NCBI GenBank assembly: GCA_042571515.1
Contig: JBHPHX010000001.1
Coordinates: 75,508-111,678, forward strand
DNA: 36,171 bases
DNA from: Patescibacteria group bacterium
GTDB taxonomy: Bacteria; Patescibacteriota; WWE3; UBA101185; UBA10185
Reading direction: 5' to 3'
Shown: positions 9,301 through 16,579 of the stretch, piece after piece
Position numbering within the stretch: the first letter of the stretch is position 1
How the letters are laid out: each line of letters starts with the position of its first letter
The notes under the pieces: generated by a model
Seen by the model: the letters and a program-made list of their open reading frames with translations, nothing else
Database searches by the model: none
Told to the model about the DNA's origin: nothing
Position numbers and translations under genes: made by a program

Positions 9301-10960
9301 TTATGCTTCTTTCCCTCAAACTGAGTATAATGCTATCTTTAGCGCTCTTAAACAATATTTGGTTGACGAAAGGCGCTTCCTCCCTTCCATGAGCTCCATT
9401 AATGATCTTAGCAATGTTCCCGATCGCTACCACTCAGCAGCTCGTTTCTGGGCTACCCGTTTTATCGCCAACCACTACGGTATCTCCCACTCTGAACTTA
9501 TAAAAAATACCATGTTTGTTATTTATGGGGATCTTACCCCCCAACCAAATTATTACACTTTTGTTTCTAACTATATTGACGAAAAAAACATTCAATTAGC
9601 TTCAATTAAAGTCAAGCAGGAACAACTTGATAACCTGCCCATCAACCAGAAACAGGCTGACATTGCCGAGTATTATTCCACTGGCAATAACACAAGGGAT
9701 CCAAAACCTGGAGATTTAATTTCTTTCAATCGTAAGGACAGCAGTTTTGTTACTCTAACTTCAAGATCCTATGACCCATATTTGATGGGGGTAATCTCTA
9801 CTTCTCCCCATGATACTCTGGGTCGCTCAACCGAGGATAATGATATTAAAGTTGCCTTGACAGGCAGGGCTCCTGTTAACATAAGTCCGTCAAGTGAGGC
9901 AATTGAACCTGGCGATCCAATTACATCTTCCAACACCAGTGGCTTGGGAACTAAAGCCCTAAAGCCCGGTTATGTAGTTGGTCGGGCTCTTGAATCCTGG
10001 CAGCCAGACTCAGACAAAAAATCGGTTTTAGTCCACCTTAACCTTCACTACTATGATCCTGATATTATGTTGGCAAAAAGTGATATAGACCTATTTACCT
10101 TCTCTTCAACAACTGATATAGACACTGGGGCTATTGACTTTCAACTCTTTAATCCCAATGATACCGCGGTTAGTAAAATCAACGCTTTTCAACATTTAGT
10201 CTCGGCCAATATCTCTTCGGGCTCTATTGAATCAGAGATCGTTACCGCCGACACCCTTAATATTCGGGGCCTGACCCTTGATGACTATATAGGCTCTGCT
10301 ATTCAAGGGGATCGGGAGCTGATTGAGGCTTTGCAGACAGAACAAGAGTTGGAGTGGGATAGTATAAATACTAGAGTAGATAACATAGAGGCATTATTGG
10401 AGGAATTGACTTCTGAAACTCAGGAAACAAGTGAATCTACAGAAACCCCGATAGAAACTCCATCTGAAATACTAGCTTCAATACAAAACATATTTGAGGA
10501 ATTTAAAACCTTTATAGCAGCACTGGGGCTATCCGCAACAGAAGAAACCGGGCTTGTTGTTGAAGTAGATATGAATGTACTTGGAGACACCACACTAGGA
10601 GACGTGGTAGTTACAGGGGACATACTAGCAGGACTGATTGAAATAAATACCCTAGATAACTTCATAAATATAAATAACATGATACTTCTTAAGGAAGATG
10701 GGACTGTGGAAGCCGAAAAACTTTCACTAAGTACCAACGTCTTGGGAACCTCCACAATTATAAAAGACGAAACTAAAGTAACAGTGGAAACCACCGCTAT
10801 AACAACCTCGTCTAAGGTCTTTGTCACTCCAACCATTGCAACTGATAGGGCGCTGGCCGTAACGGAAGTTAATGAGGGGGATGGGTTTGTAGTCGAGATA
10901 GGATCCTCTTCTAGCGAGGATATAGAGTTTAATTGGTTTATCGTAGACTCAAGAGAGTAA
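3335..10960 (+). CDS. Giant (2541 aa) membrane-anchored modular surface protein: MerR-type HTH, TM, FG-GAP propeller, tail-fibre-like repeats, IMC-like domain, coiled coil, C-terminal beta domain
   Basis: LTISKAAVFLGISPSSLRRYEKEG..R.ENGYRVY (HTH); VFSLIILSITLSLGTLFV (TM); 7x AGDxNGDGYDD; GxVGIGxxxP repeats; ADIAEYY...VVGRALESW; C-terminal ...EDIEFNWFIVD. Confidence 0.9.
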   Translation: MPAQGQAKTLSYQPQLTISKAAVFLGISPSSLRRYEKEGRITTKRLENGYRVYSKDNLESLRSKLEIERNQRKIQIQKKAIARKKELEKLQTQPEPGVIRSDFAKPYLASGLKVFSLIILSITLSLGTLFVQDDIPSFSGQIGTILGFKTTKPEMQVGSSVEGQVLADYDLNKEYEINYNIPATFFEGVTTNSISGVEIIDTTTEDTLETALDIAGEVVSTGMLSTVIADGVIDGANLIDDFEYAGDATFSGDTTFGGEATFEDNVSVDGETVLSGDITLEGDTTTEGTFDIDGDWSISGTDVDATADELNSIGGVTDTIAIIDGSTVTAGGVMFGNGSIMTQDAANFFWDDTNNYLGLGKANPAYGLDVAGTFNVDGATTLDGAVTLGDATGDDITITGYVASNVIPKTTDTYDLGLSSVSRMNTMDQDLSAADASFIGEDADDFSGHLVSSAGDVNGDGYDDILIGAAWDSDGMAAAMAGETYLILGKATGWAMDTDLSAADASFISEEATDNSGFAVSSAGDVNGDGYDDILIGAWGNDDGGNPYAGQTYLILGKATGWAMDTNLSTADASFWGENGWDRSGFAVSSAGDVNGDGYDDFVIGAWGDDDGGNLAGQAYLILGKASGWAMDTDLSAVDASFWGEAASDYAGFTVSAAGDVNGDGYDDMLVSGYGNNQVYLILGKASGWAMDTDLSAVDASFIGEGSGQYVALRTGLSSAGDVNGDGYDDILIGAAYNDDGANNAGQTYLILGKATGWAMDTNLSTADASFWGEVASDLSGYSASSAGDVNGDGYDDILIGAAYNDDGGSAAGQTYLIFGKSSGWTMDTNLSASDASFWGEDTSDYSGYSVSGAGDTNGDGYDDILIGAFGDDDGGENAGQTYLILSDGSQWDNIYARNVKAGDSLNVGAHLRLHHDTIQALSPLYLDSTRVNVLGGLTTLGYVGIGFSAPTSELHIGGTTPLLTIGDAGEEDTAMLFDGAAQDFHIGLDDSLDDLVIGTGSTLGAGNLVTIENGGNVGIGKTNPGYNLDVAGTFNVDGATTLDGAVTLGDATGDDITITGYIASGIIPKTDDTYDLGSDALRWQSIYVGPGSLSIGSSSPDEEYTLSWDATENYLGFNYNASGNPEMVIDSSGQVGIGTTAPSSQLQVAGNVVIGDAATATDYTLTFDGETNDGVLTWMENEDYLLFSDDIYMASSQIIYFDGGGAAQTNGAGRLYLTGPTSIDFSSGIGNIDTVLRFLGTDYSGVLTWMEDEDLFLFDDTIEIRGTAKNLLMTGVAHTTISTDPMLSMAANDSFPVEMISAGPDNNDSPLINWFRAKGTLEGSEADVVDGNRLGAFQARAYVGGWQPASAQMNFRVDGAPGTYAPGLIEFTVGDADNTAVTRTAFQINSNLSSKAYGNFTIGNGVATTDYTLTFDGETNDGVLTWMEDEDYFQFSDEILLLDGEKLILGTGSDGTLYSSSDDIYFENDTSDKDIIFKVNDGGVDTEVMRIDSSTPQIDFTVLGVKIGSDTSEFNPTLTFSGVDNDGIIGWMEDEDYFLFLDDILLLDGEKLILGTGSDGTLYSSSDDIYFENDTQDKDIIFKINDNGVDTDILHIDGSESWIGIRTATPQMGIDYGGVGSSHGTFLFSGTAGGGGEGISYVDSGSGMRRAISFPGSDLVVLQNRASNGTVEIRANTSTAGESGEHTIGTFEDNKITIGDGQAGVDYQLAFNGETNDGLLTWMEDEDYFQFADNIVAQNILPATDDTYDLGSDALRWQSIYVGPGSLSIGSSSPDEEYTLSWDATLNYLGFNYNASGNPEMVIDSSGQVGIGTTAPSTALDIAGTVTATDFACTDCLEQGNIANNAIGYGELKIGTGSQALSDDANVDMHEYSFFPNMEKDNCDNATSHDLQMSNDDETDNTVGHFYIDVNSSCGAGDVDVRWSYVTSSDHPTIWTIIDSLGNITKSWEAEDPTVYPDNPNPLAGTPLQSGESFAYVEPLSISQLNTIYASFPQTEYNAIFSALKQYLVDERRFLPSMSSINDLSNVPDRYHSAARFWATRFIANHYGISHSELIKNTMFVIYGDLTPQPNYYTFVSNYIDEKNIQLASIKVKQEQLDNLPINQKQADIAEYYSTGNNTRDPKPGDLISFNRKDSSFVTLTSRSYDPYLMGVISTSPHDTLGRSTEDNDIKVALTGRAPVNISPSSEAIEPGDPITSSNTSGLGTKALKPGYVVGRALESWQPDSDKKSVLVHLNLHYYDPDIMLAKSDIDLFTFSSTTDIDTGAIDFQLFNPNDTAVSKINAFQHLVSANISSGSIESEIVTADTLNIRGLTLDDYIGSAIQGDRELIEALQTEQELEWDSINTRVDNIEALLEELTSETQETSESTETPIETPSEILASIQNIFEEFKTFIAALGLSATEETGLVVEVDMNVLGDTTLGDVVVTGDILAGLIEINTLDNFININNMILLKEDGTVEAEKLSLSTNVLGTSTIIKDETKVTVETTAITTSSKVFVTPTIATDRALAVTEVNEGDGFVVEIGSSSSEDIEFNWFIVDSRE
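4442..6529 (+). repeat. Near-identical 105-bp intragenic direct repeats (4442-4546 and 6425-6529)
   Basis: Both encode VAGTFNVDGATTLDGAVTLGDATGDDITITGY(V/I)AS, with only a few nucleotide differences. Confidence 0.9.
4604..5992 (+). repeat. Seven tandem ~200-bp FG-GAP (integrin-alpha-like) repeats within the giant ORF
   Basis: AGD(V/T)NGDGYDD cores near 4691, 4898, 5101, 5303, 5490, 5691 and 5891; most are followed by YLILGKAxGWAMDT. Confidence 0.9.
6545..8772 (+). repeat. Near-identical 206-bp intragenic direct repeats (6545-6750 and 8567-8772), enclosing further repeats (DGxLTWMEDEDY about 5x; LLDGEKLILGTGSDG... 2x)
   Basis: Both encode TDDTYDLGSDALRWQSIYVGPGSLSIG...PEMVIDSSGQVGIG; differences are mostly at third codon positions. 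Confidence 0.9.
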
Positions 10961-10964
10961 ACAA

Positions 10965-11075
10965 TTATTTTCTATTCTTATCTCTTTTCTCGATAATGAT
11001 GGGTAAAGTCATTATCACCATAGCTAGAAGGCCAATTGAACCTGCTAAATAAAATATACCTAAACCATCTACCAT
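10965..11075 (-). CDS. 36-aa single-pass membrane peptide (not in the ORF track)
   Basis: MVDGLGIFYLAGSIGLLAMVIMTLPIIIEKRDKNRK*. The ATG abuts the upstream stop (TAAATG); hydrophobic core with a basic tail. Confidence 0.55.
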   Translation of the reverse strand: MVDGLGIFYLAGSIGLLAMVIMTLPIIIEKRDKNRK

Positions 11076-11306
11076 TTAGATATTCCTTAAAATTAATAAA
11101 CTGTACGTTAACGAACATAGGCTCAAAAATAATCCAGTAAGTACCTTCAATAGATCAATACTAACATTGCCAAAAATGGAAGGCAACACAAAGGAGCCAA
11201 TAAAAAGCATACCCAGGTCTGAAAATGTTCCTGATATTCTTTCCAGTTGTAATCTAGAAAATGTAGGGGTGATTTTCTTGAATTTTATATAAATTATCCT
11301 TTTCAT
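11076..11306 (-). CDS. Small two-TM hypothetical membrane protein
   Basis: 76-aa ORF coupled to the comM stop (ATGA overlap); two hydrophobic segments. Confidence 0.65.
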   Translation of the reverse strand: MKRIIYIKFKKITPTFSRLQLERISGTFSDLGMLFIGSFVLPSIFGNVSIDLLKVLTGLFLSLCSLTYSLLILRNI

Positions 11307-12829
11307 AACTTAACCCTATATTGCAGCGCCTCGGCAATATGCTCCCTTTTAATATCCTCACTACTCTCCAAATCTGCAATAGTTCTAGCTACTTTAATAA
11401 TTTTAAAATATGCCCTGGCAGAAAGATTAAATTTTGTCACAGCTTGCTTCAAAATTATGTCAACTTCCTTAGATAAAACACAAAATTTACTCATATTCCT
11501 GTTTTCCATCTCTGCATTAGTAAAAATCCCCAGTCCAACAAAACGCTTGGATTGCATTTTTCTAGCCAAAGATACCTTATTTAATATGTCCCTGGATGTA
11601 TATTTGTCTACTTTTTTCTTTTTATTAAGAGACAATTCTTCCACTTCCACTGGAGACACCTGGACATGCAAATCGATTCTGTCTAATATTGGCCCTGAGA
11701 TCTTTTTGCTGTAACGGTTCACTTGAAACTGAGTACATTCACAATCTTTTTTTGGGTGATTAAGATATCCGCAGGGACATGGGTTGCTGGCAGCCACCAA
11801 AATAAATCTACATGGAAAAGTAATCGCACTATTACTCCTGGAAATTGTTATTTCTCCATCTTCAATGGGTTGTCTCAAACTTTCTAGTACATGTCTTGGA
11901 AATTCAGAAAACTCATCTAGAAATAACACTCCCCTATGCGCCAAACTTATCTCTCCTGGTTTAGGATACGATCCTCCACCAATCAAACCGGCATATGAAG
12001 TTGTGTGATGTGGAGTTCTACACTGTCTATTTGAAATAAGAGACTTGTTTGGAGCAATATAACCAGCTGAGGAATATATTTTAGTTACCTCCAAACTTTC
12101 CTCAAATGTTAATGTAGGCAGTATAGAAGGAAGGGCCTTAGCAAGCATAGTCTTTCCTCCTCCTGGAGGACCTATCATAAGAACGTTATGGCCGCCTGCT
12201 GCAGCAATCTCTAGGGCTCGTTTTGCCTTTTGTTGCCCTAAAATGTCTCCCATATCAAGCGGGTTATTGCCCGGCGAAAACCCGCGATTATTTAAAACAA
12301 ATTTTGTGGGCTTGATCTTCACAGACCCAACAAGATGGGAAAATAAGGCATCCAAACTTTCAACCCCAAAAACCTCAACTCCCTTAATAGCCGCTGCTTC
12401 TTGAGCACAACTTTTGGGAACAAAGACTTGTTTTATACCCTTTTCTCTTGCAAAAATTGATACTAGTAAGCTTCCTCTTGTATGGCGCAAACTTCCATCC
12501 AATGAGAGCTCACCATAAAATATAGACTTCTCCGGTATCTTCGCTTCCGTAATAGCAGACATTAATCCGGCTGCAATAGGTAAATCGTAAAAAGATCCTT
12601 CTTTGGGAAGATCTGCTGGTGCTAAATTTATGGTTATTTTTCTATTGGGAAAGTCAAAATCAGAATTTATTAGCGCTGTTTTGACCCTATCTCTGCTTTC
12701 AGCTACGGCTTTACTGGGAAGTCCAACAATGTCAAACCTAGGCATTCCCCTACTTGCAATATTGGCCTCCACCTCTACTCCAATAGTATCAATACCATAA
12801 TTTGCCGCTGAATTTACTTTAATCAACAT
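11303..12829 (-). CDS. comM: YifB/ComM Mg-chelatase-family AAA+ ATPase
   Basis: IVGLP..AVAESRDRV, ITINLAPADLPKEGS.YDL, GPPGGGKT, PGEISLAHRGVLFLDE, NPCPCG, EALQYR. True start at 12829 with a GGAGG RBS. Confidence 0.95.
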   Translation of the reverse strand: MLIKVNSAANYGIDTIGVEVEANIASRGMPRFDIVGLPSKAVAESRDRVKTALINSDFDFPNRKITINLAPADLPKEGSFYDLPIAAGLMSAITEAKIPEKSIFYGELSLDGSLRHTRGSLLVSIFAREKGIKQVFVPKSCAQEAAAIKGVEVFGVESLDALFSHLVGSVKIKPTKFVLNNRGFSPGNNPLDMGDILGQQKAKRALEIAAAGGHNVLMIGPPGGGKTMLAKALPSILPTLTFEESLEVTKIYSSAGYIAPNKSLISNRQCRTPHHTTSYAGLIGGGSYPKPGEISLAHRGVLFLDEFSEFPRHVLESLRQPIEDGEITISRSNSAITFPCRFILVAASNPCPCGYLNHPKKDCECTQFQVNRYSKKISGPILDRIDLHVQVSPVEVEELSLNKKKKVDKYTSRDILNKVSLARKMQSKRFVGLGIFTNAEMENRNMSKFCVLSKEVDIILKQAVTKFNLSARAYFKIIKVARTIADLESSEDIKREHIAEALQYRVKL

Positions 12830-13676
12830 AATACTTTCCTCCCTCCTCAAAAATCTGACCCGACAAAAGTAACATTGTAATTTCCGCCCCAACTTCAGAG
12901 GCTCCCAAACCCAATGTTTCACATAATATGTCCATATCCATTGGTTCTCTGGCCAAGCTAGACACAATCTCACTTCTTAAGGCATCACCAACAGAAACCT
13001 CTTTGAAAATAGGCAGGTCTTCGTAACCTCGACCAAATACATTTAATATGTCCTCTGCGTTTCTCACTAGCATAGCCCCAGAAGAAATAAGGTTATTTGC
13101 GCCAACGGAAGTAGATGACGTAATTTGCCCTGGGACTGCCAAAAGCTCTCTTCTAAACTCTCTGGTTAATCCCGCAGTAATAAGAGATCCACTCTTTTTT
13201 GCCGCCTCAACAACCAAGGTGGCCTGAGAAATACCTGCCACTATCCTATTTCTTTTTGGGTAAGTCCATAGTTGGGGTCTCACATCTCCGGGGTATTCCG
13301 AAATGACGAGACCCCCACTATCTAAAATCTCGTAGTACAAATCCTGTTGGTGGTCGGGGTTGATACACTCCACACCGCACGCCAAAACGGCTATTGTCTT
13401 GCCTTTAGCTGCTAGCGACGCCCTGTGGGCAGTGGCATCTATACCGTACATAAATCCGGAAACTACAGTCACACCTCGACTGGCCACCTCATACACCAGC
13501 TTTTCTGTAACCCTCCTTCCATATACTGTCATCCTCCTACTTCCCACTACGGCAAGGCAGTTGTCAAACAGGCTTCTATCCCAGTTTCCCTTATAGTAGA
13601 GCACTTCCGGAGGATCGGGTATTTCTTTAAGTAGTGTGGGGTACGTGGAACTATCTACGCTAACAGAACCGTACAT
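12819..13676 (-). CDS. dprA: DNA-processing protein DprA
   Basis: YPTLLKEIPDPP, AVVGSR, VSGFMYGIDATAH, RNRIVAG, VVEAAKKSGSLITA, C-terminal winged helix. Alternative start at 13688. Confidence 0.95.
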   Translation of the reverse strand: MYGSVSVDSSTYPTLLKEIPDPPEVLYYKGNWDRSLFDNCLAVVGSRRMTVYGRRVTEKLVYEVASRGVTVVSGFMYGIDATAHRASLAAKGKTIAVLACGVECINPDHQQDLYYEILDSGGLVISEYPGDVRPQLWTYPKRNRIVAGISQATLVVEAAKKSGSLITAGLTREFRRELLAVPGQITSSTSVGANNLISSGAMLVRNAEDILNVFGRGYEDLPIFKEVSVGDALRSEIVSSLAREPMDMDILCETLGLGASEVGAEITMLLLSGQIFEEGGKYYVD

Positions 13677-13714
13677 AATCAAAAACATACACGCTGTAAT
13701 TACAGGTGGAAATA

Positions 13715-13745
13715 ACTAAAATTCTAGCAAGACTAGAATTTTAGT
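13715..13745. promoter_or_regulatory. Palindromic box ATTCTAG-N5-CTAGAAT upstream of dprA
   Basis: actaaaattctag-caaga-ctagaattttagt (13-bp arms); same core at 14405 and 33803. Confidence 0.6.
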
Positions 13746-14361
13746 CTAAGGGGTCAGACCCGTACGGGTCTGACCCCGATAAGAGGTAATCTTTATAATC
13801 ACTTTTCTTATTACCAAAAAACTTGAGTATATGACATTCCTCAACAAAATCCCAATTACTCTGGCTTCCTCTACTGACATATCCGGGAGCACTAGAATAC
13901 TTATAATTCACAGAGTACTCGGGGTCGTGTGGATCTGGGTTGAGATGAATATATTTAGAAGTATGTATAAAATCAAAATCATCTTTAATTAGTCTGGCTT
14001 TATATACCCCCTGCAGTAAATGACCCGTTCTCCCACGTCTTTTGTTAAGGTAATAAGTAATACTAATGTTCAAACTGCGCATAAAATTAGACATACCTGA
14101 AATTGAACGCTGGCTCAATAAAAAGTGATAATGATTTTCCAATATACAAAAGGCAAAAAGGTTAATCTCGTTACTGTAGTTTCTAACTTGCCTGGTAGAC
14201 AGCTTGTTCCCGGCGTTTTCAATTAAATACCTTTGCAGAAGCATAAGTACAATCTCAAAGTCTTCTTCGGAAAACAAAAAGGTTTCCTTGTTAACTCCGC
14301 GGTTGTAGATATGATAAATCCCATGTTCCTTATAGTCCTTCACTGCATTCTTCGTTGGCAT
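13741..14361 (-). mobile_element. REP-associated tyrosine transposase (RAYT, Y1 HUH family)
   Basis: YHIYNRG, FAFCILENHYHFLL (HUH), RTGHLLQGVYK, KYIHLNP, YKYSS; flanked by REP-like palindromes. Confidence 0.9.
13750..13777. repeat. REP-like perfect 28-bp palindrome, copy 1
   Basis: ggggtcagacccgtacgggtctgacccc; overlaps the last codons of the RAYT (GSDPYGSDP). Confidence 0.85.
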
Positions 14362-14400
14362 GTTCTAGTGATAACACATACCCTTGTGGGAATAAATAAC

Positions 14401-14427
14401 CAAAATTCTAGTTAAACTAGAATTTTG
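14401..14427. promoter_or_regulatory. Palindromic box ATTCTAG-N5-CTAGAAT upstream of the RAYT gene
   Basis: caaaattctagtt-a-aactagaattttg. Confidence 0.6.
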
Positions 14428-14433
14428 CTCTAA

Positions 14434-14463
14434 AGGGGTCAGACCCGTACGGGTCTGACCCCT
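14434..14463. repeat. REP-like perfect palindrome, copy 2
   Basis: aggggtcagacccgtacgggtctgacccct; identical 28-bp core to copy 1. Confidence 0.85.
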
Positions 14464-14473
14464 AGGTCTCACC

Positions 14474-14502
14474 TTGACGGAATTTACATCATGATATACA
14501 CT
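14474..14502 (+). promoter_or_regulatory. rplJL promoter
   Basis: TTGACG-17 bp-TACACT. Confidence 0.7.
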
Positions 14503-14511
14503 ACCCAAGTA

Positions 14512-14550
14512 TCCAAAGACAGCAAGCATAGTGCTAAGTCTTGCCGAGGA
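14512..14550 (+). promoter_or_regulatory. Compact ribosomal protein L10 leader
   Basis: tccAAAGACAGCAAG...CTAA.tCTTGCCGAGGa resembles the AAGACAG..GG/TAA..CC.GCCGAGG core; it sits directly before the rplJ start and overlaps its RBS. Confidence 0.7.
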
Positions 14551-14556
14551 GTGAAC

Positions 14557-15081
14557 ATGCCAAATATACAAAAGCAAGAAAAAGTTAAAGAGCTAAGAGA
14601 AAAGATTGGTAAAGCCAAATCTATCATTTTTGCTGATTATCAAGGAATCAGAGTCAATGACCTCAATGAATTTAGGCAAAAAATCAAAGACAATGGCGGA
14701 GAAATTAGCGTTTCTAAAAACACTTTAATGAAAATTGCACTCAAAGAAGAGGGCGTGGACTACAAAGAGTTAGATGGCCCAATAGCAGTTATCTTTGGTT
14801 ATGAGGATGCTATCTCCCCTATTAAAACTATATACGAATATGTCAAAAAATTAGAATTACCCAAGGTCAAGGCAGCTTTCATTGATGGGGTGTATACAGC
14901 CGTTGAAAAAGTGGAGGAAATAAGCCAACTTCCTTCCAAAGAGGAACTATTAGCCAGAGTTGTGGGCAGTCTTAACACCCCAATTTCTGGAATTGTTAAT
15001 GTATTAGGTGGTACAAGAAGAAATTTAGTTACAGTCTTATCCGCAGTAGCAGATAAGCAAGGTGGAGAGGGGGTGTCTTAG
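14557..15081 (+). CDS. rplJ: 50S ribosomal protein L10
   Basis: KSIIFADYQG, VSKNTLMKIAL, LPSKEELLARVVG; AGGAG RBS. Confidence 0.96.
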   Translation: MPNIQKQEKVKELREKIGKAKSIIFADYQGIRVNDLNEFRQKIKDNGGEISVSKNTLMKIALKEEGVDYKELDGPIAVIFGYEDAISPIKTIYEYVKKLELPKVKAAFIDGVYTAVEKVEEISQLPSKEELLARVVGSLNTPISGIVNVLGGTRRNLVTVLSAVADKQGGEGVS

Positions 15082-15489
15082 ATGGCAGAAGAAATTAAAC
15101 TAAGTGCAAATACAAAAAAGATTATGGATATGGTCGAGAAAATGACCGTTTTAGAGCTTAATGACCTAGTCAAAGCGCTAGAAGAAAAATTTGGCGTTTC
15201 CGCTGCTGCTCCAGTTATGATGGGGGCAATGCCTGCAGGAAATGGCAATGGAAACAGCGAGCCTGTAGAGGAACAGAGTGAATTTGATGTGGTATTGGCT
15301 GACGCTGGTGGCAATAAGATAGCGGTTATTAAAGCCGTTAGGGAGCTTAACCAGGCGCTTGGATTGGTAGAGGCTAAGACACTTGTAGAGTCTACTCCCA
15401 AACCAGTTCTGGAGGGTGTTAAAAAGGAAGAGGCCGAGGAAGCTAAGAAAAAGCTTGAAGAAGCTGGCGGAAAAGTGGAATTAAAATAA
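15082..15489 (+). CDS. rplL: 50S ribosomal protein L7/L12
   Basis: [44 protein letters not shown]. Confidence 0.98.
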   Translation: MAEEIKLSANTKKIMDMVEKMTVLELNDLVKALEEKFGVSAAAPVMMGAMPAGNGNGNSEPVEEQSEFDVVLADAGGNKIAVIKAVRELNQALGLVEAKTLVESTPKPVLEGVKKEEAEEAKKKLEEAGGKVELK

Positions 15490-15500
15490 CGGTTATATAC

Positions 15501-15611
15501 GAAAACGAATATGTCCTACGTCACTAAGTCCTCGCAATTCTGTAACTCACTTCGTTCCTAACAGAATTAGCTGCGAAACCGTGACTTTAGGACATTCTCG
15601 TTTTCTTTTTT
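15501..15611 (+). terminator. Long (~105 nt) imperfect hairpin with T-tract between convergent rplL and galT-like genes
   Basis: Nested arms gaaaacga/tcgttttc, atgtccta/taggacat, gtcac/gtgac, tcgc/gcga, aattctgt/acagaatt; followed by Ts. Confidence 0.6.
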
Positions 15612-16579
15612 CATTTTTTTGCTTCGTCTGCGATTGTGACATTACAGCCACCATCTCCACATAAAGCTTCAATGGCCTCTCCTAAAGCTTTTGCTGCATC
15701 CTCTGGTGTGGCTTTATCACTTACCCAAATTCCAGCCCCTAACTCCAGTCCACCAAAAACCTTCAGGTGGGGTATAAACCCCATATGCCAGTGGTAAGGC
15801 TCATGTCTTTGAGTGTGAATCCAAAAGTTTCTATCTGGTTTGTCAAATAATGCGTTGTATGCACCTAAGGCTAACTTCAGGACCATCGCTAGGTCATTTA
15901 TCTCTACCTCATTAATAAAGCCAAAATTTGGCTTATGTGATTTGGGAAGAAGCATTACCTCGTAACTCCATCGGGAGGCCTCGGGTACCAAAATAACAAA
16001 GTGGCCCGAATCATAAGCAATTCTAGAACCATCTGCCAATTCCTTTTCCAGCAAATCACACCAAAAACACCTGTTGTACTCGTTAAAATAATGCAAAGCC
16101 TCCTCCTTCTCCCTTTCAATAATCCCGGGAAATCCTTTAAGTGCAACAATTTGAGAGTGGGGGTGAACTAAGGAAGCTCCGGCTTTTCCTCCCCTATTAT
16201 TAAATATAAAAACCTCTTTATCCTGACCCGTAAAGTGATGTAGCCGATTTAGAAGAGCACGAATTATCCGCACCCCCTGTTCATGGGGTAATCCCTCAAT
16301 ATCTCTATTCTCATATGGGGAGTGTACAACTATCTCATGATCCTCAAGAATGGGAAATTTATTCGGAAAAACACGCACATTCCAATCATCTGTATCTTGG
16401 TAGCTTGCTTCAGGTGTTAGGTGCTCATTTCCTTTGGCAAAAAAATCAACCTTCTTCTCTGGTTTCTTCTTTTTCTTTTTACCTCCTGCGACAGCCCCAG
16501 TCTGGTCCGCTCTTTTAGCACGGCTGGTAGCCAAAATTGTAGGATATTTTGTTAGCTCATCAAATACAAAGTTACTCAT
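15611..16579 (-). CDS. galT: GalT-family hexose-1-phosphate nucleotidyltransferase
   Basis: VRVFPNKFP, HEIVVHSP, AGASLVHPHSQ, CFWC, YHWH, GGLELGAG. Confidence 0.85.
   Translation of the reverse strand: MSNFVFDELTKYPTILATSRAKRADQTGAVAGGKKKKKKPEKKVDFFAKGNEHLTPEASYQDTDDWNVRVFPNKFPILEDHEIVVHSPYENRDIEGLPHEQGVRIIRALLNRLHHFTGQDKEVFIFNNRGGKAGASLVHPHSQIVALKGFPGIIEREKEEALHYFNEYNRCFWCDLLEKELADGSRIAYDSGHFVILVPEASRWSYEVMLLPKSHKPNFGFINEVEINDLAMVLKLALGAYNALFDKPDRNFWIHTQRHEPYHWHMGFIPHLKVFGGLELGAGIWVSDKATPEDAAKALGEAIEALCGDGGCNVTIADEAKK

Noticed and set aside
10700-10960. Giant protein as a substrate of the local sortase
   Set aside because: No LPxTG-like motif, C-terminal TM or basic tail; the anchor is N-terminal.
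3335-10960. Prophage tail gene
   Set aside because: Fibre-like motifs are present, but there are no capsid, terminase, integrase or other phage genes, and the protein has a TM anchor and an HTH.
12830-12973. N-terminal extension of ComM (likewise the longer starts for rplJ, ArsR, alpha-like, b-like and 34257 ORFs)
   Set aside because: These extensions overlap neighbouring genes or promoters; RBS or -10 placement supports the downstream ATGs.
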